The notes under the pieces were generated by a model, which was given only the letters and a program-made list of their open reading frames with translations, searched no databases and was not told the origin of the DNA. A stretch of 59,724 nt of DNA from Bacteroidia bacterium (GTDB lineage Bacteria; Bacteroidota; Bacteroidia; Bacteroidales; VadinHA17), in assembly GCA_026391515.1 (NCBI GenBank), contig JAPLEC010000457.1:1-59724 (forward strand). The letters are read 5' to 3'. How positions within the stretch are numbered: the first letter of the stretch is position 1; each line of letters opens with the position of its first letter. Positions 36,093 through 44,350 of this stretch are shown here, piece by piece. Position numbers and translations under genes: made by a program.

Positions 36093-36129
36093 GTCTTGCA
36101 GGTCTTGCAGGTCTTGCAGGTCCTGGAAG
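36093..36129. repeat. tandem 9-mer (GTCTTGCAG)x3 followed by the degenerate unit GTCCTGGAAG
   Basis: Exact triplication at 36093..36119. It fills most of the 43-nt spacer between the convergent fabD and osmC-like genes. Confidence 0.9.
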
Positions 36130-36133
36130 TTGA

Positions 36134-36574
36134 TTAGAAATTCAAAGTTACATTCTGGAAGACGGATTCGTTCAGGGATAGGGCAACAGGGCAGGTCTTT
36201 ACACAATATTCGAGAATCCTTCTTTGTTTGTCAGTGCAGGTATTCCCGATAAAATCAAATTCAATTTTCACCTCTCCAATCTTCCTGGGATTCTCAGCCA
36301 TAATTTTGGTTATTTTACATGTCGCTCCATCTATTGAAAAACCATGTTCCCTTGCTGCAATGCCCATAATTGTAAATATGCAGCTCCCAAGGGCTGAAGC
36401 TACCATATCGGTAGGTGAGAAATTCTCTCCTTTTCCTTTATTGTCCACCGGAGCATCGGTAATGATTTTGCTTCCTGATCGTACATGAGTTATCTCTGTT
36501 CTCAGATCGCCTTTATAGATTGTTGTTGCTGTTTCCATTTTGGACTTTATTGAATTGTTTGATATTGACTCCAA
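36134..36574 (-). CDS. OsmC/Ohr-family peroxiredoxin-like protein
   Basis: 146 aa. Two conserved Cys contexts (ALGSCI, VKTCPV). Confidence 0.75.
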   Translation of the reverse strand: MESISNNSIKSKMETATTIYKGDLRTEITHVRSGSKIITDAPVDNKGKGENFSPTDMVASALGSCIFTIMGIAAREHGFSIDGATCKITKIMAENPRKIGEVKIEFDFIGNTCTDKQRRILEYCVKTCPVALSLNESVFQNVTLNF

Positions 36575-36604
36575 TTAATTAAGTGTATCTTTAGTTTAAT
36601 CAGT

Positions 36605-36726
36605 TACTTACCCACCCCTACCTCCCGCTTCTCCGCCGGTTGGCGGATTCGCGGGACAAGCTCTCCCAGGAGGGGATCCTGAGGGTTTTTACCTTTGTGC
36701 CTTTGTACCGTTTCACCTTTACACCG
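36605..36726. repeat. GC-rich nested hairpin plus CCTTTGTG-family repeat downstream of the 990-aa gene
   Basis: TCCCGC (36623..36628) pairs with GCGGGA (36651..36656), enclosing CCGCC-ggtt-GGCGG (36633..36646). CCTTTGTGCCTTTGTACCGTT at 36692..36712 matches 13873..13893. Confidence 0.7.
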
Positions 36727-39699
36727 TTATACGGGTTTCATTATTGCTCCTTTATGACGTTTCCCGTCGACCATAATCTCGAGAGGTTTTTCAAACCGGA
36801 TATGCCTTATGTAGTCGTCTTCGTAAACTGTATTAAGTCCATTAAGATAATTAACATCATAACAACCTTCATTGATATAAGGATTTATAGTGAAATATCC
36901 GACCCGGAACGATGTAAGATTCTGGAAGAAATGCGTTCCCTGGCTTGGATCAATCCTGTAATTTTTCAGTCCTGATTCAATGATTATTCTTGCAGCTGAT
37001 ATCTGCGGCCATTTTACAGGGATTCCAAGCCATGGATCTGTAGATCCCCATCTGCCAGGACCAACCAGCACATATCCGATTCCCTGTTTTACAAATGAAG
37101 CGTTTAAATTCTCAATAATAGCAGCAACGTTTTTATTCAGTGCAGCATTAAAGGATTCCGGTTTTATATAAACCATATCATGAATTCCTTTAAATAATCC
37201 ATTACCCAGAGCTGATTCAGAAAATATGATTGTATCCTCGCGTTTAACATTTTCAAGGTTTATGCTATAAGTCTCGTCTGAATATACTATTGGCCTGATT
37301 TGCAGGAAGTTGAATATCTTTGGTGTACCTGCTGGTGTCTCAAGGTTTGCTGCAAATTCAATTTCTATAGGATTGTTCATTTCTCTTTGGCCAAGCTCAA
37401 GAAGGGTGGACAGGATTTCAGCAAGCGGGAATGATTTGTGCTGTAAAATATTTGAAAAAGTTATAACTCTCTTACCCTGAGAGGTTATTCCATCGCGAAG
37501 AATATTATTTGTATGGTCGTATGTTGAAGCCAGATATTTCATTGCACCATCGTTATTTGCATCTTTTATATCTATCCTGAGTATATTGACTCCATCGTCG
37601 GTAGAAGGTACAAAACTGTCGATATTGAGATCAAGGGCCCGGAATTCCTTTTGAGAGTCACGAATGGCCAGCTCGGGAGACGAAAGCTGAAGGATTTTTT
37701 TGGGAATTTTTGGACAGAATCTCAGTGACATTCCTCCCTCGACGATCAATTTGCCAAGACCAAATGCAACATTTACAATTCCATCTTCTGCCTTTTCGGA
37801 ACCAATCGGGTAATAATTTATCGACCTGGCCACCCCTGAAAGAGTCGGATAGAAAATATCTCCATGTCTGTTTCCACAAACTTCCTGCAGAACTATTCCC
37901 ATCTTTTCCTCATCAATCACGTTTGAAGTAGCAGTCATATAAGCCTTGCTGGCTTTATAGTAAACCGAAGCATAAACCTCTTTAATGGCATCGGATAATA
38001 CCGTAACCATTTGCTTGTTATCAGGCAGCCTGGGGATCATATATGTTGAATAGACTCCTGCAAATGGCTGATAATGTGAATCTTCCAGCTTACTTGAAGA
38101 TCGTACAGCTAAAGGATGATTTCGGGAAACGGCCAGATAAGCATAGAAATCCTGGTATACACGTCCGGGAAGCTCCGCATTGATGAACCTGTTAAGAATC
38201 TCATCGTCGGAGAGGTCTGACAGAGCAACAGCATAAAGGTTGTTATGGTCCATGAACTCATCAAAGATGTCGGTACTCAACACAACGGTTCGTGGAATTG
38301 TAATAAGAACATCAGGGAACTTATTAAACAGTTTGTTGTTCTTTATAATCCTGTTAATAAATGCAAGTCCCCTTGCTTTTCCTCCGATAGACCCTTCCCC
38401 TATCCTTGAAAAGATCTGGTATTCATCAAAACTTGACTTATCGAACTTCGCAATCACTCCTCTTCCTTTTCCCAACCGGAAGCTTGAAATAGCGACATAT
38501 AGAAATCTTCTCATCTCGTCCATTGTCTCAAAATCTTCCTTCCTGATGTATTTAAACATTTGGGCTACAGGGAATAAAGCTCTCGCATTCAGCCATTTTG
38601 AGAAGTGATTTCGGGTGGCATGATATTCAAGAGTGTTATCGGGGATAGTGAGCAGCTTTTGCTGAAGACTCTGAAGATCAGTGGCTATGGCTATTGGTTC
38701 AAGAGTATCAGGATTTCTGAAAACAAATGGTCCGAAAGCAAGGTTTTGTATTATAAAATTCCGCAGCTCAAGAGATAACGATTTGGAATACTTATGAATA
38801 AATCCTGCACCAATCTCCTCAGCTTTCTTTTTATGCTCAATATTCGATGATTGAAGCAGGAATGGAACCTTATCATCATCGGCCATCACTACCTTGCATA
38901 ATTCGAGCCCTGCATTTTCATCCGGAACATTATCTCTTTTATAGCTGATATCGGAGATCACCCCAAGGACATTGTACTTATATTTTTTGTACAAAGCTTC
39001 TGCATCATTGAAATTATTGGCAAGTAATATTTTCGGTCTTCCCCTCATTTTAAGCATCCTCTGGTGCTCATTAAGCGCTTCACGTTGAAAATCAAGCGAT
39101 TGTAGCAGTACAATCCTGTAAATATTCGGAAGGTAAGATGAAATATATCTGATTGAGTTTTCAACAAGGATGATTGCCTGAACACCAATATTCTCTATAT
39201 CATGATCAGCATTCATCTTATCTTCAATCAGCTTTATTATTGCCAGTATCAGTGCGGCATCACCCAGCCAGCAGAAGACATAATCAATAGCGCTGAGATC
39301 TTCTCCTTCAAGCCTGAAGGAGACTTCGCGTGAAAAATATGTAAGAACAACAATCGGAATGCTGGGATATTTGGCTTTTATCCTTTTTGCGAGGGCAAAT
39401 ACATCTATACCTTTAAGGCTCAGCATTGAAATTACCAGGTCAACATTTCCCTCCTGGAGAATCTTAAAGGCATCTTCTGCATTGTCTGTCTGAACAAATG
39501 TCGGTGGATATCTAAGGTTAAGTGAAACGTATTCGTTGAAAATCTGCTCATCAATCCTGCCATCTTCTTCAAGCATGTAATTATCATAATTACTGCATAT
39601 TACGAGTACCCGATGTATTCGTTTCTGCATAAGAAGGTCGAATGATGTATCGGTAAAATCATATTTCTGCAGATCAAGTATTCCTTCAATGATGGTCAT
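36727..39699 (-). CDS. receiver-like domains fused to a PEP/pyruvate-binding (PPDK_N ATP-grasp) domain and a conserved C-terminal module, function unknown
   Basis: 990 aa. DLVISM degenerate receiver. Second receiver-like domain ILVENS...GVISDISY...LLQSS...FIHK. ATP-grasp motifs GGKARGLAFIN and VRSSSKLEDSHYQPFAG. C-terminal LVGPGRWGSTDPWLGIPVKWPQIS...GTHFFQNLTS...RHIRFEKPL. Confidence 0.7.
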   Translation of the reverse strand: MTIIEGILDLQKYDFTDTSFDLLMQKRIHRVLVICSNYDNYMLEEDGRIDEQIFNEYVSLNLRYPPTFVQTDNAEDAFKILQEGNVDLVISMLSLKGIDVFALAKRIKAKYPSIPIVVLTYFSREVSFRLEGEDLSAIDYVFCWLGDAALILAIIKLIEDKMNADHDIENIGVQAIILVENSIRYISSYLPNIYRIVLLQSLDFQREALNEHQRMLKMRGRPKILLANNFNDAEALYKKYKYNVLGVISDISYKRDNVPDENAGLELCKVVMADDDKVPFLLQSSNIEHKKKAEEIGAGFIHKYSKSLSLELRNFIIQNLAFGPFVFRNPDTLEPIAIATDLQSLQQKLLTIPDNTLEYHATRNHFSKWLNARALFPVAQMFKYIRKEDFETMDEMRRFLYVAISSFRLGKGRGVIAKFDKSSFDEYQIFSRIGEGSIGGKARGLAFINRIIKNNKLFNKFPDVLITIPRTVVLSTDIFDEFMDHNNLYAVALSDLSDDEILNRFINAELPGRVYQDFYAYLAVSRNHPLAVRSSSKLEDSHYQPFAGVYSTYMIPRLPDNKQMVTVLSDAIKEVYASVYYKASKAYMTATSNVIDEEKMGIVLQEVCGNRHGDIFYPTLSGVARSINYYPIGSEKAEDGIVNVAFGLGKLIVEGGMSLRFCPKIPKKILQLSSPELAIRDSQKEFRALDLNIDSFVPSTDDGVNILRIDIKDANNDGAMKYLASTYDHTNNILRDGITSQGKRVITFSNILQHKSFPLAEILSTLLELGQREMNNPIEIEFAANLETPAGTPKIFNFLQIRPIVYSDETYSINLENVKREDTIIFSESALGNGLFKGIHDMVYIKPESFNAALNKNVAAIIENLNASFVKQGIGYVLVGPGRWGSTDPWLGIPVKWPQISAARIIIESGLKNYRIDPSQGTHFFQNLTSFRVGYFTINPYINEGCYDVNYLNGLNTVYEDDYIRHIRFEKPLEIMVDGKRHKGAIMKPV

Positions 39700-39710
39700 A
39701 CAGTGAAAAA

Positions 39711-42700
39711 TTAATGATTTATTGTGATAACAGCAATTCCTTTTTTCCCGTCCATTCTGACGAGAAGGGGTTTTTCGAACCGGATATGCCGGAAGTATTT
39801 ACCATTTTCAATTACCTGCTGCTCATTAAGCCTGTCCCAGTTTATTTTTCCGTTATGGGCTCCCTGGTTAATTGAAAAGTATCCTACATTCATTGATGTG
39901 ACATTGTGAAAAAAGTGGGATCCGAGTGATGCATCGAGGTGAAAATCAGGGAGATCGACTTCTACAATAACTTTTGCATTTGATATTTGCGGCCAGACTA
40001 CCGGTATGCCAAGAAACCTATCTTTTGTTCCCCATCTTCCGGGACCTACCAGGATATAACGAAGGTTGGCTTTCAGCATCTTTTCGTTAATCATGTCGAT
40101 CTCTTCAGCTATTTGCGTGGTACGTAAATTATCAAATTTATCAGGTTCAATATAAATTAAATCTGAAATATCATCGATCACTCCGTTTCCCATGCTTGTA
40201 ATAGATTCAAGGATCAGATCTTCATTATTAATACTCTCAGGATCAATATTATATCCTGCTCCGGTTCCTACCAGCGGTTTTATCTGAAGAAGATAAAAAG
40301 AGGCGTTCCCATCTTTATCTTTATTCAGATCGATCGCAAATTCAATTTCTGACGGGTTTCCTGTAGCTTCAGCTACAACATCAAGTATGGTCTTGAGTGT
40401 TGGCGCAAGCGGGATATAATTATATTTGAGAATATCAGTAAAATTTATTACACGGGGTCCAGGAGTATCGAGCCCGGGCACAATTGTATCATTATCTGTA
40501 TTCAATACTGATGCTGAGTGATTCAATGTTCCATGTTCTTCAGCTTTCGCAATATCCAGGGTTATAAGACCTGCATTTTCACCATCCAGCAGGTTTAAAT
40601 CTTTTTTTGTCATATCGACAGCATAGAAATAAACCTGGGAATTCTTATACAGATCATTTTGAGAAATAATATCCAGAGACGGGTATGACGGTGAAAATCT
40701 GAAAGCTCTTTCTCCTTCGACCACATAATGACCTAATCCTACAGCCATAACTGCAAAGCCATCTTCAGGCGTCATGTGAGCCACCGGATAAAAATTAAAT
40801 GACTGGGCAGTTCCGCTTATATGCGGATAGAATGCATCATTAAACCTGTTACCGACCACCTCCTGGATTACAACAGCCATTTTTTCGAGTTCGATTTTAT
40901 AATTGATTGCTTCAAAATATGTTCGTGAACTCCTTGAATATATTGAAGCAAAAACAAGCTTTATGGCATTAGACAGCTGCCGCAGCCTGGTATCAAATTC
41001 GTTATGATTATTGGGAAGAAGATATGTCCCGAAAATGCCTGAGAAAGGCTGGCTCAATGAATCTTCAAATAAGCTTGATGATCTCACTGCAATAGGTTTC
41101 TCTATTTGTTTAAGTAGTATCCTCAGCTCTTTTTCCAGTGTGTAGCTTAGACTCCCTTCGAGAAAAAGTCTTTGAAGCGCATCAAAATCCTTTTCTTCTT
41201 TTACGCTGTTCCACAAATGATTACGTTCCATGAACATATCGAACTCATCTGTTCCTATTATGGCAGTTATTGGGGCTTTAATGTTTATTCCCGGTAAAAG
41301 CCTTCCAAGCTCAAAGCTGTATATCAATGTATTGATGAATGCAAGGCCTCTTCCTTTTCCGCCAAGCGAACCGCCTGACAGGCTCACAACGTTAGTCTCG
41401 TCAATTACTGCCGATTCTTCAAAATTGATAACTCTTCCTTTGTTTGTCTCGCGCCTGCGCTTACGGATTATATCGATAAGAAATTCCCTGAGCTCTTTAA
41501 GAGTGTTAAAATCAGATACCTTAATCGGGTTAATAAGCTTGGCAATTTTTACCTCACCTCTTGCCATCAGCCATAGTGAGAAATGATTCTTCATTGCATG
41601 GTACGCCAGAGAATCTTCAGGCACTGTCTCGAGATAAGCCTCGAATTCTTTCATTGATTTTGCTACTGCGATCTGGCGTCCCTTATTATCTCTGTAAACA
41701 AAATGTCCAAAACCCAGGTAATAGTTTATAAATGATTTCAGGTCCTGGAGAAGACTTTCAGAGTTTTTATTTATAAAATTTGACTTAAGTGCAAAGGCAT
41801 ATTTTGCATTTTCGGGGTCAGATGACTGAAGGACTGTGGGAAGATTCGGCAATTCTTCTTTTATCATCTGAATCAGCTCGAAGCCGGCGGTATCATTTAA
41901 TACGCCATTCCTCGGAAACCGCATATCAGATATGATACACAACAGGCTTTCTTTATACTTATTATATATAGTCACAGAATCCTCCCAGTTTGAGGCAAGT
42001 AAAATTTTTGGTCTTGCCCTGAGCTTCAGCACTTTATAAAGTTCGTCTGTAGAGACATCCTCAATAAGGCTTCTTGTTTGCTCCAGCACCAGCGTATATA
42101 GCATTGGCAGGTAGCTTGAATAGTATTCAGCAGAATCTTCCACAAGAAGAATTACCCTGGTAAGTCCTTTTTTGGTATCATTTTCGACATTTACCCTATC
42201 TTCGAGAAGCTTGACCATTGCAAAGAATACTTTGGATTCACCGGTCCAGACAAAATAATTATCGAATGGTACACCTGCTGCTTTCTGCTTTTTAACAAAA
42301 GGAACATCTCCAGGATTATTCAGAAGAATGAATGTCGGCAGGTAAGGATATTTATCCTTGATTTTTTTACAAAGTATCATCGGGCTCTCCTTATGGACAC
42401 CAATCATAATAATTACCATGTCGAAGTGTCTGGCTTTAAGCCTGTTAAAAGCTTCATCCTCGCTTGAAACACCGGTAACCCTCGGGAGAGAAGTCAGGCT
42501 AAGCTGATAATATTCACCTAGCATATGGTCTGAGAATCGTCCTTCACCCTCAATGGAATAGGCATCATAAAGGTTAGCCACCAGAAGTATCTCTTTAACT
42601 TTGAAGGGCTGTAAATCGTGAAAGACATCCCGTTCAGCATTATGACGCTCCAGAAATTTTTGCAACAGCTTTCTGCTTGATACTGTTTTTAAATCTTCCG

Positions 42701-43157
42701 GTTCTTCCTTCGGGACCTGGGCTAATCGTATTATATCGCGTGCCTTATAACTATTGATATAACCTGTTAAAAGACTTGCAATATTCTGGATCAGGTCCCA
42801 TTCCTCTTTTAAGAAAGGGCCTCCTTTTTCAACACTGAATTCTCTTGTATAAAATATTTCTATTGAACCCTTTTCATTGTCTATTGTGTTGAATTCCTGG
42901 ATCATTTTCCATGAAGTCTCCTGAAAATTAGGCGTTTCAAATGTTTTATCAAGGAATCTTATACGTGCTTCAGTATATTCAGGATATTGCCAGGCTGCCG
43001 GTAAAAGCAATACAACCTGCTGGAGTGTTTCCTCGATGGGCTTACCTTCCTTAAGAATATAGGTAGTCTGATTTATACAAGAAAGCTCCTTTACCCTTTC
43101 CTGCTGATCGTGAAGCAGCTTGTGGTATTCAGGTGTAATATGGTTCTTTTCATCCAT
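39711..43157 (-). CDS. paralogue of the downstream gene, with an extra N-terminal sensor-like module
   Basis: 1148 aa. Same domain order (DMVIIM; LLVEDS...CIISDMRF...VLQSS...FINK; GGKGRGLAFIN; VRSSSLFEDSLSQPFSG; LVGPGRWGTKDRFLGIPVVWPQIS...GSHFFHNVTS...RHIRFEKPL). Adds about 170 N-terminal aa (ELSCINQ...LLLPAAWQYPEYTEARIRF...). Confidence 0.7.
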   Translation of the reverse strand: MDEKNHITPEYHKLLHDQQERVKELSCINQTTYILKEGKPIEETLQQVVLLLPAAWQYPEYTEARIRFLDKTFETPNFQETSWKMIQEFNTIDNEKGSIEIFYTREFSVEKGGPFLKEEWDLIQNIASLLTGYINSYKARDIIRLAQVPKEEPEDLKTVSSRKLLQKFLERHNAERDVFHDLQPFKVKEILLVANLYDAYSIEGEGRFSDHMLGEYYQLSLTSLPRVTGVSSEDEAFNRLKARHFDMVIIMIGVHKESPMILCKKIKDKYPYLPTFILLNNPGDVPFVKKQKAAGVPFDNYFVWTGESKVFFAMVKLLEDRVNVENDTKKGLTRVILLVEDSAEYYSSYLPMLYTLVLEQTRSLIEDVSTDELYKVLKLRARPKILLASNWEDSVTIYNKYKESLLCIISDMRFPRNGVLNDTAGFELIQMIKEELPNLPTVLQSSDPENAKYAFALKSNFINKNSESLLQDLKSFINYYLGFGHFVYRDNKGRQIAVAKSMKEFEAYLETVPEDSLAYHAMKNHFSLWLMARGEVKIAKLINPIKVSDFNTLKELREFLIDIIRKRRRETNKGRVINFEESAVIDETNVVSLSGGSLGGKGRGLAFINTLIYSFELGRLLPGINIKAPITAIIGTDEFDMFMERNHLWNSVKEEKDFDALQRLFLEGSLSYTLEKELRILLKQIEKPIAVRSSSLFEDSLSQPFSGIFGTYLLPNNHNEFDTRLRQLSNAIKLVFASIYSRSSRTYFEAINYKIELEKMAVVIQEVVGNRFNDAFYPHISGTAQSFNFYPVAHMTPEDGFAVMAVGLGHYVVEGERAFRFSPSYPSLDIISQNDLYKNSQVYFYAVDMTKKDLNLLDGENAGLITLDIAKAEEHGTLNHSASVLNTDNDTIVPGLDTPGPRVINFTDILKYNYIPLAPTLKTILDVVAEATGNPSEIEFAIDLNKDKDGNASFYLLQIKPLVGTGAGYNIDPESINNEDLILESITSMGNGVIDDISDLIYIEPDKFDNLRTTQIAEEIDMINEKMLKANLRYILVGPGRWGTKDRFLGIPVVWPQISNAKVIVEVDLPDFHLDASLGSHFFHNVTSMNVGYFSINQGAHNGKINWDRLNEQQVIENGKYFRHIRFEKPLLVRMDGKKGIAVITINH

Positions 43158-43217
43158 GTGGCAGAAACCGGAGAAGATCAGGAGTTAAAATTAGTAAAAT
43201 TTCCGGTTTACTACGAT

Positions 43218-43303
43218 GGCGCCGATTTGCAATCGGTGCCAAAATAGTTTTATCAGTGGTACGGATTGCAACCAAGCAAAGGCACGGATTACAAATCCGC
43301 GCC
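43218..43303. repeat. MITE/REP-like element bounded by two 23-nt hairpin modules, copy 1
   Basis: GGCGCCGATTTGCAATCGGTGCC (43218..43240) and GGCACGGATTACAAATCCGCGCC (43281..43303). The block AAAGGCACGGATTAcAAATCCGCGCCAGCA (43278..43307) matches 56537..56566 at 29 of 30 positions. Confidence 0.8.
43273..43303 (-). terminator. intrinsic terminator candidate for korAB
   Basis: The minus strand reads GGCGCGGATTtgtAATCCGTGCC followed by TTTGCTTGG. It lies 24 nt downstream of the korB stop. Confidence 0.5.
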
Positions 43304-43326
43304 AGCATCTTAAAAGTAAACAGGTT

Positions 43327-44349
43327 TTATTCCACTTTCCATATCGATCCGCTCAGCAGAAGATCATCCATACATTTAATCTTCGAATCCTTCTGAACTG
43401 ATTTAATCTGTTCCTGGACGTCAGCTTCATAGGTATTTCCTGCAACAGACCTTATAACTCCAAGAGCTACAGGGTATTCAGGATATCTCATATTCGCAAG
43501 CATATATTGAATTCCGGGATTCGGTTCTGATGCATCATGAACCAGCAGATTCTTTTCAGCAATCCCGTTCTCACCTATTGTGACAACTTTCAGTTTAAGT
43601 CCGTCGAGAACAAGACCCATATTATTTTCCTTCCCGAATTTCATTGGCTCACCATGTTTCAGGATAATGGTTCTGTCGTCTCTGACTTCTTTTCCTGTAA
43701 CAACATCATGGATCCCATCGTTAAAAATCACACAGTTCTGGAGAACTTCGACAACAGAAGTACCTTTATGTTTTGCTGCTTCAATATATATCTGGATTGA
43801 AAGAGCAATATTTGAGTCAACAGTACGGGCAAAGAATTTCCCTTTTGCACCAATTACCAGTTCGCCGACTGAAAAAGGTTCTTCAACTGTTCCGAAGGGT
43901 GATGTTTTTGTCACCAATCCTTTTCCCGATGTAGGGGAATACTGGCCTTTTGTCAGTCCGTATATCTCATTGTTAAACAATATTATATTAATATCTATAT
44001 TACGACGGATTGCATGAATGAAATGATTTCCGCCGATTGCAAGTGCATCGCCATCGCCGGTAATATCCCATACAGAAAGTTCCGGATTAGCGGTTTTAAC
44101 ACCTGAGGCAACCGCTGCTGCACGGCCATGAATTCCGTGGAAACCATAGGTATCCATATAATAAGGGAATCTCGATGAACAACCGATGCCTGATATAAAT
44201 GCAAATTTCTCCTTTGGTATTCCAAGCTCCGGCAGTGCTCTCTGGACAGCATTTAATACAGCATGATCGCCGCAGCCAGGGCACCATCTTACTTCCTGGT
44301 CGCTTTTAAAATCTTTCTGTGTGTACTGAATTGTTTGTTGTTCTGCCAT
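43327..44349 (-). CDS. korB: 2-oxoglutarate/2-oxoacid:ferredoxin oxidoreductase, beta subunit
   Basis: 340 aa. TPP-binding region WCPGCGDHAVL...GDGDALAIGGNH. Confidence 0.88.
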   Translation of the reverse strand: MAEQQTIQYTQKDFKSDQEVRWCPGCGDHAVLNAVQRALPELGIPKEKFAFISGIGCSSRFPYYMDTYGFHGIHGRAAAVASGVKTANPELSVWDITGDGDALAIGGNHFIHAIRRNIDINIILFNNEIYGLTKGQYSPTSGKGLVTKTSPFGTVEEPFSVGELVIGAKGKFFARTVDSNIALSIQIYIEAAKHKGTSVVEVLQNCVIFNDGIHDVVTGKEVRDDRTIILKHGEPMKFGKENNMGLVLDGLKLKVVTIGENGIAEKNLLVHDASEPNPGIQYMLANMRYPEYPVALGVIRSVAGNTYEADVQEQIKSVQKDSKIKCMDDLLLSGSIWKVE

Positions 44350-44350
44350 T

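Noticed and set aside
36727-43157. Interpreting the two large proteins as PEP synthase, extra PPDK copies or rifampin phosphotransferase.
   Set aside because: Only the ATP-grasp (PPDK_N) part is recognisable. I found no GGxTSHAA swivel-His motif and no PEP-utilizer C-terminal barrel. The long receiver-like N-termini also do not fit those enzymes.
43158-43326. tRNA or other classical RNA genes in the larger intergenic gaps (43158..43326, 46196..46460, 30235..30385, 1674..1862).
   Set aside because: No cloverleaf with T-loop (GTTCRANNC-type) and acceptor pairing could be drawn by eye. The structures are simple GC hairpins belonging to repeat families. A tRNAscan/Infernal run would be needed to be certain.
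43216-43401. Small ORFs running through repeat elements (43216..43401, 56460..56759, 46437..46637, 36640..36975).
   Set aside because: They begin inside GC-rich palindromic repeats, overlap real genes on the other strand, and share peptides only because the DNA repeat is shared (ARITNPRQ / ARIKNPRQ).
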